This document shows positions 16,057 through 22,837 of a stretch of 32,000 bases of DNA, one piece after another. A program made the position numbers and the translations under genes. Position 1 is the first letter of the stretch. Each line of letters opens with the position of its first letter. Below the pieces are notes generated by a model that worked only from the letters and a program-made list of their open reading frames with translations, was not told the origin of the DNA and did no database searches. This DNA is from Neiella litorisoli (GTDB lineage: Bacteria; Pseudomonadota; Gammaproteobacteria; Enterobacterales; Neiellaceae), in contig NZ_JACXAF010000009.1 in the NCBI RefSeq assembly GCF_014773395.1, forward strand, positions 145,247 to 177,246, written 5' to 3'.

Positions 16057-16310
16057 TACTCGCCAAGCTCCTTGCCTGATACTGTCGCCAATTCATCCGC
16101 ATGAGCCGTAAAAGCATCCAAGCCATTAACCAACTCTGCCTCGCTAAATGGAAAACGTTTCTTAGCCTTTGGTGCAGGCGCAATTACAAGCTTTCCAGCT
16201 TGAATCTGCACATCAATCTCAGCACCTTCGGAAAGCTGCAACTGTCGAGCAAAAGCAGCAGGAATAATACTTCCCAAACTGTTTCCGATTTTTCGCACTT
16301 GGGTTCTCAT
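16056..16310 (-). CDS. mazE: MazE/AbrB-fold (SpoVT-AbrB) antitoxin
   Basis: MRTQVRKIGNSLGSIIPAAFARQLQLSEGAEIDVQIQAGKLVIAP matches the MazE/ChpBI swapped-hairpin pattern (VKRWGNSPAVRIPA...DGKLIIEP). It lies immediately upstream of, and overlaps, mazF. Confidence 0.88.
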   Translation of the reverse strand: MRTQVRKIGNSLGSIIPAAFARQLQLSEGAEIDVQIQAGKLVIAPAPKAKKRFPFSEAELVNGLDAFTAHADELATVSGKELGE

Positions 16311-16325
16311 TGAAGCACCTGTATG

Positions 16326-16386
16326 AACATTGTTATTACATTAGTGATTGTACGGACTTTGAGTGGAGTGTCAACATTGTTATAAC
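16326..16386. promoter_or_regulatory. Two direct copies of AACATTGTTAT[TA]AC in the mazEF / T5orf172 divergent promoter region; a candidate MazE(F) operator
   Basis: The copies lie at 16326-16339 and 16373-16386. Each contains the near-palindrome AACAtTGTT. They start 16 nt upstream of the mazE start codon. Confidence 0.45.
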
Positions 16387-16456
16387 CTTGATTCCCTATT
16401 CAAAATTGTGGGCTACTACAATTAACCACAAACAACTAAATTGGCTTGGTGTGTTA

Positions 16457-16789
16457 ATGCCCTGCAAAGTCTATTTGATAGTTAATGACCTAAATGGGTT
16501 CATAAAAATTGGTATCAGCTTCGATCCTCACAAACGAAAAAAAGCACTTGAAAGCGCTTGTGGCTATCGGCTGCGGTTACTTTCCGCTAGAACTCCGAAA
16601 CGAGAAGCTAAAGAGGTAGAGAAAGAGCTTCATTTACTCTTTGGTGAAAACCGGCAGCTAGGAGAGTGGTTTAGCATAAGCGAAAGCGAAGCTAAGGCCG
16701 CATTATTGAAAGCTTGCGGCAATGGCATAAGCTGTACCACTAACACTAAAAGTTGGTGGCAACGTCGACATTTAAGGCGCAGGCGTTAA
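16457..16789 (+). CDS. T5orf172 / GIY-YIG-like domain protein (110 aa)
   Basis: From ATG 16457, the sequence MPCKVYLIVNDLNGFIKIGISFDPHKRKKALE...EAKEVEKELHLLFGENRQLGEWFSISE fits the T5orf172 pattern (vYil...g.iKIG.t....R...l, E..lH..f...r..gEWF). The upstream part of the 16310 ORF looks non-coding. Confidence 0.7.
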   Translation: MPCKVYLIVNDLNGFIKIGISFDPHKRKKALESACGYRLRLLSARTPKREAKEVEKELHLLFGENRQLGEWFSISESEAKAALLKACGNGISCTTNTKSWWQRRHLRRRR

Positions 16790-17580
16790 ATCTTTATTGG
16801 CGCTTTAGTTTGGTAAATATTTTGGTGTGCAGCGTCAAACGCGACCAAATCCAAATCAGAATAAACTAACTGTGACTCAATACAGGTGTGACCTAAAACC
16901 CCCTGAATTGTTTCTTGATCTACTTGTTTTCGTCGTAAGGCATCAGTAACGCTACGCCGCCCTGAATGGCTTGAGCATTGTGGAAACCCAAAATGCTGAT
17001 GCAGTTTGGAAAGGTGAGTTTGTAAGTTTGTGAAAACCAAATAGTCTTTTCCTTTTGACACCTTTCGAGTCGGAGCCCAATGCCCCCATGCGCCAGCATA
17101 AAATCTCGGAAACACGGGGCTATCGGGGTTTAGCCCTCGATAGCGTTTAGACGTTGTGGCCATAATGCTTTTTTCTAAACGGAGGTTAAGCCATGCTTCT
17201 AGCGCATTACGTTGTTGATGGACGACGACCGGAGCAATAGTGGGCAAACTTCCTTTTGTGGCTGCGGCACGAATCCGTGTCATCGCACAAAGCTGACCGT
17301 TCGGATACAAAGCTTCTTTAATCAACCACCCAGCCACTTCTACAGCACGAAAAGCAGACCCATAGCACATCCATAACATGCACTGATCACGCGCCACCAG
17401 CACCGGATCTTTATCCTTTAGATCTAACCGCATTAATAGGGTTTGAAATTCTTTCGGTGTGATCACCCCCGCCTGCTTTGGTCTCCAGCCAGAGGGAGGG
17501 TGAAGTATTTTGCTGAGTGATCCGACCAAGGCTATTCCCCCAATTTCAGTAAAAGCCTTTCTCAAAGCGTTTTTGAACAC
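16786..17580 (-). CDS. Tyrosine recombinase/integrase-like protein, essentially the catalytic domain only (264 aa, GTG start)
   Basis: Catalytic-domain signposts are present: GSAFRAVEV (Arg), SSHSGRRS (H-x-x-R) and LGHTCIESQLVY (His...Tyr). The GTG start directly follows an in-frame TGA, and no N-terminal core-binding domain is apparent. The stop codon overlaps the T5orf172 stop (TTAA). Confidence 0.7.
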   Translation of the reverse strand: MFKNALRKAFTEIGGIALVGSLSKILHPPSGWRPKQAGVITPKEFQTLLMRLDLKDKDPVLVARDQCMLWMCYGSAFRAVEVAGWLIKEALYPNGQLCAMTRIRAAATKGSLPTIAPVVVHQQRNALEAWLNLRLEKSIMATTSKRYRGLNPDSPVFPRFYAGAWGHWAPTRKVSKGKDYLVFTNLQTHLSKLHQHFGFPQCSSHSGRRSVTDALRRKQVDQETIQGVLGHTCIESQLVYSDLDLVAFDAAHQNIYQTKAPIKI

Positions 17581-17674
17581 TCAGATAACAATAGTCAATG
17601 AAACTGGGGGGAGTAAGGAAACGCGAGAGTATGAATCTTTGCTAGCCCATAAGTCACCCACGAATTAATTCCCG

Positions 17675-18511
17675 TTAACGTCGCCGGGCAGTAATAACAA
17701 ACCCAACAGTCGAGGTTCCCGATTCATGATCTTCGGAACCCTTAAAGGCAACGTAGGCATGGATTGGCGTGACAGATACAACATCATATCCATCCTCTGC
17801 TAGCGCGTTTGCTTCTAATTCAATCGTTTCTCTAGCGGTAGCAAAGTCAATTTTCAGCCCGTACTTTAGGCCCTTTAGCGTCTGATCACTTTTGACACGC
17901 TCACACCCAAGATCAATGGTCCGGCAAACCACCCGCGGCTTTGCGTTGAGTTCCTTTAAAAGCAGCGTTGTGGCCTGGGTTTTCATGTTGGTCACTTTGC
18001 TTTCCGCAGAAAGGTAACCTTGATTGAATAAGGCTTGAAGCTGTGACAAAACCAATGGGCCTGTTATGCCACTGGGTAAACTATCCAAAACCATGTAGGT
18101 TGGCTCTCCCACTGGCGCAGAGATATTTAGGTGCGAGATCGTATTTGGGGCATGCTCAAGCGCTGCTATGGGTTGCTCTTTATAGCTTGGTTGGACTGAT
18201 GGTGGGAGATCGTAGTGTGGCACTTCCACGGAAGGTGCCACCTGCTCACTGACCGCATTATCTGCTGTTTGCACAATACTGCTATGGGATAAGCGATGGA
18301 CAATGTCACTTAATGACTTATGTCGAGCAAGAACAAGAGAGGCTGCTGCAAAGTCATCGCGGCTGAGCATTGTTTTTTTCGCTAACATGGTGCGTTCGTC
18401 AATCTCCCCCTCTAAAACCATCTTGCGTATCGTATTGCTATCAAACGGCCCTTCGCATGCGCCACTTGGTTGCTTGACATAAAGGCGAAGATTATTGCTG
18501 GTCAAGGCCAT
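17675..18511 (-). CDS. Hypothetical protein (278 aa) with two possible GYF_2-like segments
   Basis: LYVKQPSGACEGPFDSNTIRKMVLEGEIDERTML and YMVLDSLPSGITGPLVLSQLQALFNQGYLSAESKV resemble the G-P-[FL]...L...G-x-[IL] pattern of GYF_2/DUF4339 only at pattern level. The gene overlaps the upstream gene by 20 nt. Confidence 0.55.
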   Translation of the reverse strand: MALTSNNLRLYVKQPSGACEGPFDSNTIRKMVLEGEIDERTMLAKKTMLSRDDFAAASLVLARHKSLSDIVHRLSHSSIVQTADNAVSEQVAPSVEVPHYDLPPSVQPSYKEQPIAALEHAPNTISHLNISAPVGEPTYMVLDSLPSGITGPLVLSQLQALFNQGYLSAESKVTNMKTQATTLLLKELNAKPRVVCRTIDLGCERVKSDQTLKGLKYGLKIDFATARETIELEANALAEDGYDVVSVTPIHAYVAFKGSEDHESGTSTVGFVITARRR

Positions 18512-19436
18512 TTTTTCCCCCTAGCCGTTCGTCCTGTTCAAACCAACGTTTTGCACCAAGCAAGTAGCCTATTCGCTGGCCAGCCAATGCAAGGCGCTCA
18601 ACTAATCGACTATTCAAGGTATCTAACCGCTGGCCTTTGGCATCATTGAGCAGCAACCGAGCCTGTGCAACGGATTCAGATGCCAGTGTTTGCAAATCAA
18701 AACCGGCATCCGTCTGCAACTCGATATCCAAGGAATACGACTCAAGGTTATCGGGCAACGATGGCCAATGACCGGAGCGTAACGCCTGCTCAAAGCTTAA
18801 TTTGCAACTCACCGCATCCTCTTTTAAGCAAAGCTGTTGCTCCATCGGCTGACGCGCACAACTGCTATATCGAAGGACATTGAATGGATGGTGAGCTTGG
18901 ATCACCAAGTAACTGACGAGCATGAGGCTGACGGCCCGACCGCTGGTATCACGATCATCGCCGGCCGCTTGGGCAAAGACGTTAATGGCTGCAAGGTTGG
19001 GAGCATAGCCATTGTCTCCGCATGAGGTGTACATCGCTTGACGCGCTACCACCAACGCGCCGCGCCCATTGGTGAGCTCTTCCAACGTTAACCCGCTATA
19101 ACGCCGAGCAAGTTTTGGCATCGTTGCGCCCAGTAATTCATACAGCTTAGCGATAGGTTGTTGCTGTTGCCGATCGAGCCACACCATCGTCCATGTGAGC
19201 CAGCTACTATTCGGGTGCGATGCCTGTATGTCACTCAGTTCAGGCTGCTGAGTCATCGGCTGGCGCAAGATCTGCTCTAGTGCACTCCGCCGAAACCCAT
19301 TGAGATAATTATTGGCTGTCTCAGCACTGAGAACGACGGCGTCTTCATGCCATTTGGCATAAGTTGTTTGGCTCAGCAGAAGGAAACTGACCATCACTGC
19401 AACTGGCCAACACCTACCAATCATAGCTTTTCTCAT
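18492..19436 (-). CDS. Secreted hypothetical protein (314 aa)
   Basis: Signal peptide MRKAMIGRCWPVAVMVSFLLLSQTTYA. The gene overlaps the transglycosylase gene by 23 nt, suggesting translational coupling. Confidence 0.65.
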   Translation of the reverse strand: MRKAMIGRCWPVAVMVSFLLLSQTTYAKWHEDAVVLSAETANNYLNGFRRSALEQILRQPMTQQPELSDIQASHPNSSWLTWTMVWLDRQQQQPIAKLYELLGATMPKLARRYSGLTLEELTNGRGALVVARQAMYTSCGDNGYAPNLAAINVFAQAAGDDRDTSGRAVSLMLVSYLVIQAHHPFNVLRYSSCARQPMEQQLCLKEDAVSCKLSFEQALRSGHWPSLPDNLESYSLDIELQTDAGFDLQTLASESVAQARLLLNDAKGQRLDTLNSRLVERLALAGQRIGYLLGAKRWFEQDERLGGKNGLDQQ

Positions 19437-19869
19437 AAAGCACCACCTGCTGGTAAGCTTCCATCACACGATACAGGTACGTCACTCTAACTCTTGGCGT
19501 TCTTGAGTTGTAATCACCAACGCCTTCCCACAGCGACCCGTCGCGCTGTTGGATCTTGCGGTCAAGAAACCACATGGACACTTGAATGCTGGCGCATGGA
19601 TCAAACACTAAGGATTTGGCATCGATATCCGGAAAATGCTGCTGGATCAGAGGCAGATTCATGGTGTTTATCTGGGCAACACCTAAGTCATAGGTGCCAT
19701 TGGTATTGGCTTTAATCGTTCCTACGCGGCCGCCTTCGACCATCAACATCGCCTTGGCAACCGCTGGCGGGATCTCATACGCCGTGGCGTGCTGCTCAAT
19801 GCAGCGCTCCATTATCTGCGGATTGGGTTCATAGGGCTCGACGCCCAACGCCAAAAGCATGTCAATCAT
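19414..19869 (-). CDS. Lytic transglycosylase (SLT domain), of the type common in conjugation and type IV secretion or pilus loci
   Basis: AKAMLMVEGGRVGTIKANTNGTYDLGVAQINTMNLP...GVGDYNS carries the catalytic Glu, the G-x-x-Q-I-N block and the Y-N-S block typical of SLT/VirB1-like enzymes. Confidence 0.75.
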   Translation of the reverse strand: MIDMLLALGVEPYEPNPQIMERCIEQHATAYEIPPAVAKAMLMVEGGRVGTIKANTNGTYDLGVAQINTMNLPLIQQHFPDIDAKSLVFDPCASIQVSMWFLDRKIQQRDGSLWEGVGDYNSRTPRVRVTYLYRVMEAYQQVVLYEKSYDW

Positions 19870-20016
19870 AACTGTGCCAACGACCCGTTTGCTTCAACGA
19901 CCATAGCATGCCAGCACGTTGGCCAAAGGTTGGGTCAATTACCCCAGCAAATTGTTGAATAGTTCACCAATTAGTCAGGCTTCATTTTGCTGTAATAGCC
20001 TCATAGCAAGGAGTTG

Positions 20017-20190
20017 ATGATGGAAATCGGCCAAACAGTCTTATTTGAAATTGAGTCCGGCAAGGAATTTCGCGCAACCGTCACCAGAATTGACATCACC
20101 ACCAACGAAGCATGGGTTGAAGATGAACGAAAAACACCATGGCGTGGGCCGCTGGATAAACTGCGGCCTTTTAAACCTGAGCCTTCTTAG
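20017..20190 (+). CDS. Possible small protein (57 aa), below the ORF-track cutoff
   Basis: A strong AAGGAG SD lies just upstream of ATGATG at 20017. Hand translation: MMEIGQTVLFEIESGKEFRATVTRIDITTNEAWVEDERKTPWRGPLDKLRPFKPEPS*. It overlaps the next predicted gene in another frame. Confidence 0.45.
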   Translation: MMEIGQTVLFEIESGKEFRATVTRIDITTNEAWVEDERKTPWRGPLDKLRPFKPEPS

Positions 20191-20473
20191 CGCGACGGCT
20201 CTCGCTGATTACGCCTCTGTGGATCCCCTTGGGGCATCAGTGGCGCATCGGGTTGCAAACGATCTGCAACGCCATTTGGACAGTCAGTGCCAATTGCAGC
20301 TAACCAAGCATGAGATCATGGCCAATGCACCTGCGTTCGGTCAGCTCGCGGCCATCCTGCTATTTATCGACGATGAACAGCTTTATGCCCGTCAATTGGC
20401 AAAAGTTTCGTGCCCAATCTTGTCGTTTGCAGACGCCGTTCAAGCCCCAACACTAAAGGAGCCAACCTCATGA
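20123..20473 (+). CDS. Secreted hypothetical protein (116 aa from ATG 20123)
   Basis: The internal start gives MNEKHHGVGRWINCGLLNLSLLSATALA, which is signal-peptide-like. The stop overlaps the next start as ATGA. The start is uncertain, and the 5' end overlaps the 57-aa ORF by 68 nt. Confidence 0.5.
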   Translation: MNEKHHGVGRWINCGLLNLSLLSATALADYASVDPLGASVAHRVANDLQRHLDSQCQLQLTKHEIMANAPAFGQLAAILLFIDDEQLYARQLAKVSCPILSFADAVQAPTLKEPTS

Positions 20474-20952
20474 TGCCTTATCACCACCGGCTGATCACTC
20501 ATAACACCATCGTTAAGGGGGTCGCAGGTTTCTTCCTGATCTTGGGCATCATTGGTACCTGGCTGTACTTGGTCAACTACACCCACTACGGTACGCATTC
20601 ATGGACGGTACTCGCGCCATGGGCAGTCGTTGCAACACTGGCAGGGCTTCGCGTTGTCATCAATCGGAAAGGTGAATTTTTATCCAAACAGTTGGACTGG
20701 TATGGTTTGCGTATCGGCCGGCGCTCGCAAGTCCGACTGACAACACCAGTTATTGAACTCACATCAATGAGCCGTCAAAAAGAGCTAGGGTGGCAGATCG
20801 GATACAAGTCACCATGGTTCATTGAGTCAGTCGCCCCCGACGATCACCATAACCATTGTCAGCGCCTTGCTCTGTTATTGGATTATCCCGTGCAACTCCC
20901 CTGTGAGCGAGTAACTGAAGTAGCGTTACAACCGCCCATGCTCAACCAGTAG
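20470..20952 (+). CDS. Membrane protein (160 aa, two predicted TM helices)
   Basis: An AAGGAG SD lies at 20456-20461, and the ATG at 20470 overlaps the upstream TGA. Hydrophobic segments: GVAGFFLILGIIGTWLYLV and WTVLAPWAVVATLAGLRVVI. Confidence 0.7.
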   Translation: MMPYHHRLITHNTIVKGVAGFFLILGIIGTWLYLVNYTHYGTHSWTVLAPWAVVATLAGLRVVINRKGEFLSKQLDWYGLRIGRRSQVRLTTPVIELTSMSRQKELGWQIGYKSPWFIESVAPDDHHNHCQRLALLLDYPVQLPCERVTEVALQPPMLNQ

Positions 20953-21035
20953 CGCTTCATACCGGCCACTGCAACCGACAGGTGTTTTCGCTCGTTTTAA
21001 TAGTGCGAGAGGTGGAGGCGCATTGCTCACACCTC

Positions 21036-22205
21036 TCACGGCACCACATGCTGGCGGGCAGGAAAAGCAGCAACCGTTTCAACTGATATCTCTTTTGGCA
21101 AGATGGCTAGTAGAGTCACCTGCTTGTTCGAGCAAACTGCAAACGTTCGACGACTTGCTACATTCGGATCATAAAGGCTGCCACCAGCAACCGCCAATGC
21201 ACTCGTGGTGTAGCCACCAATATTGACTTTGATCAGCCCTTCATCAGCTCCCTGCAGAAGCGCACGATACATCCCTAAGTAATACAAATCTGCGTCGGAC
21301 AGTGGTTTGTGTGCGCCAAGCTGTTGCTCAAGCTCTTCGATGCGCCATTTGTAGAAATGTGCAACATGGCAATCTTGGGTGTAGCCGTCTTGACCTGCTT
21401 TGGTCTCTATTCCTGCCACCGAAAGGATGGACAAGATTGGCTGATCATCGAATGTCCAGCTTACGGGAATTGACCAACGAACCCGATCAGAACCATGGAC
21501 AGTAGCATCAAGCTCTCCGGTAGTGGCACCAGCAGCGACCATCATGTGATCAACAATCGGCATGATAATGTGCCGCCGAGCGATGTGTATCGCTAGCTTA
21601 TCCTGTTGCGCCACCAGCGTGGCTTTGTCCTGCGCTTCACCCAATGCCTGAGCAGATGAAACAGCCGTCGGAACGGTTAACACTGACGACATTGAATCGC
21701 GAGGTTGAATATCGTGATACGCCAAAGGTGACGACGATGTCGCCGCATTCGGGTTCGTTTGGCGAAGCGCTGCATTTTCAATGCGAAGCGTTGCTACTTC
21801 TTGTTCTAGCTGCGCCTGCCGCATGGCTTGTGATTCATTCTGCACTAATGCGCTGTGATAGGCCTTGGCAAGTGAATCATCATAGTGCGCTGTCGCGGTT
21901 GCCACGTGGCGATAACGCCCGTCTGCAATTTGCTCACTGAGATAGCTCGTATTATCAAGGCGCACCAAATAACTCGCTATTTGATGCTGAATGCTGGCCA
22001 ACTGTCCTTCGTTGAGCCGTTTAACATCCACAGCCAAAGTCGTGATCGCCTGGCTTGCTTGGCGGCGCATTTGGTCATCGAGCGTGGCTCGCTCTGAGGT
22101 GGTGATGGTAGTATTTGTGCTATTGAGCTGTGCTTGAACCACCAGCTCAGCAGCATGAACGGAGCTGCAAAGGCACCACAGCATCGTCCATAAAAAATGC
22201 TTCAT
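21036..22205 (-). CDS. Secreted hypothetical protein (389 aa)
   Basis: Signal peptide MKHFLWTMLWCLCSSVHA. A Gln/Ala-rich, probably coiled-coil N-terminal half (MRQAQLEQEVATLRIENAALRQ) is followed by a globular C-terminal half. The gene lies 67 bp downstream of the DUF1566 gene. Confidence 0.7.
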   Translation of the reverse strand: MKHFLWTMLWCLCSSVHAAELVVQAQLNSTNTTITTSERATLDDQMRRQASQAITTLAVDVKRLNEGQLASIQHQIASYLVRLDNTSYLSEQIADGRYRHVATATAHYDDSLAKAYHSALVQNESQAMRQAQLEQEVATLRIENAALRQTNPNAATSSSPLAYHDIQPRDSMSSVLTVPTAVSSAQALGEAQDKATLVAQQDKLAIHIARRHIIMPIVDHMMVAAGATTGELDATVHGSDRVRWSIPVSWTFDDQPILSILSVAGIETKAGQDGYTQDCHVAHFYKWRIEELEQQLGAHKPLSDADLYYLGMYRALLQGADEGLIKVNIGGYTTSALAVAGGSLYDPNVASRRTFAVCSNKQVTLLAILPKEISVETVAAFPARQHVVP

Positions 22206-22272
22206 GACAATCTCCGATTTTGGGAATCTGCTTCTATTTCAACATACCTACAGATTCCCGCAACCGACCGAT

Positions 22273-22827
22273 TTATTCGCTATCAAAGTCCTGTGCTTGA
22301 ACCTCTCGGACCAAACGTACATAGCGGTGCTGATTCACGTCTCGGACAAATTCAGCGCCACTGACGAAATCGATGACTCGACCATTCAAGCTGTCATTGA
22401 CCTTATCATCCGGTGTGGACGAATACGTGACAGCATTTGGGGTGCTCGGAAACACGGTATCGTTAATAGCGGGACTGTAACAGCTGCGCTCAACAATGGT
22501 TTCCAATTCCTTGATGTTGGGCAGACGCCATCCGTCAAATCCACCGTAGCTCTCCGCCTCAGTACCGGCATAGCCATTCATGGCCTCCTCCCATGACTCG
22601 AAATGCGTAGGCTGACCACCACAGGAGCGATTATCTGCGTTCCATGTTTGCCCCACGGTGCAACGTTGCCACATCAAACCTGTGCGAGCATCCACCACAA
22701 TACCGTCATGGCTGAAGACATACTGTTCCAGCTGATTACTCGGTGCGATGGTGGTTTTACAGATCTGAGCCATCGCCGATGAGCTGATCAGTGTCACTGC
22801 TAACAAGGTGCAAATTCTGAATTTCAT
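22273..22827 (-). CDS. Secreted DUF1566 (Lcl C-terminal domain-like) protein (184 aa)
   Basis: The start at ATG 22825-22827 has an AAGGAGAGAG SD and lies 10 nt after the upstream stop. Signal peptide MKFRICTLLAVTLISSSAMA. TGLMWQRCTVGQTW...ESWEEAMNGY...GFDGWRLPNIKELETIV matches the DUF1566 signature. Confidence 0.75.
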   Translation of the reverse strand: MKFRICTLLAVTLISSSAMAQICKTTIAPSNQLEQYVFSHDGIVVDARTGLMWQRCTVGQTWNADNRSCGGQPTHFESWEEAMNGYAGTEAESYGGFDGWRLPNIKELETIVERSCYSPAINDTVFPSTPNAVTYSSTPDDKVNDSLNGRVIDFVSGAEFVRDVNQHRYVRLVREVQAQDFDSE

Positions 22828-22837
22828 GACTCTCTCC

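Noticed and set aside
11016-16310. The idea that the run of small co-directional genes with a TA module is an integron cassette array.
   Set aside because: Intergenic gaps are mostly 10-30 nt, which is far too short for attC sites. No repeated imperfect-palindrome element separates the genes, and the nearby recombinase does not look like an IntI.
18492-19436. A resemblance of the 314-aa secreted protein to S1/P1-type zinc nucleases (N-terminal W-H-E...A pattern and ...VIQAHHPFNV).
   Set aside because: Only two short patches are loosely similar, and the expected Asp/His metal ligands are not clearly present. This is too weak to call without a profile search.
21007-21037. A hairpin (GAGAGGTG ... 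CACCTCTC with a 15-nt loop) between convergent genes, considered as a terminator.
   Set aside because: No T-run follows on either strand, the loop is large, and the right arm overlaps the stop codon of the 389-aa gene.
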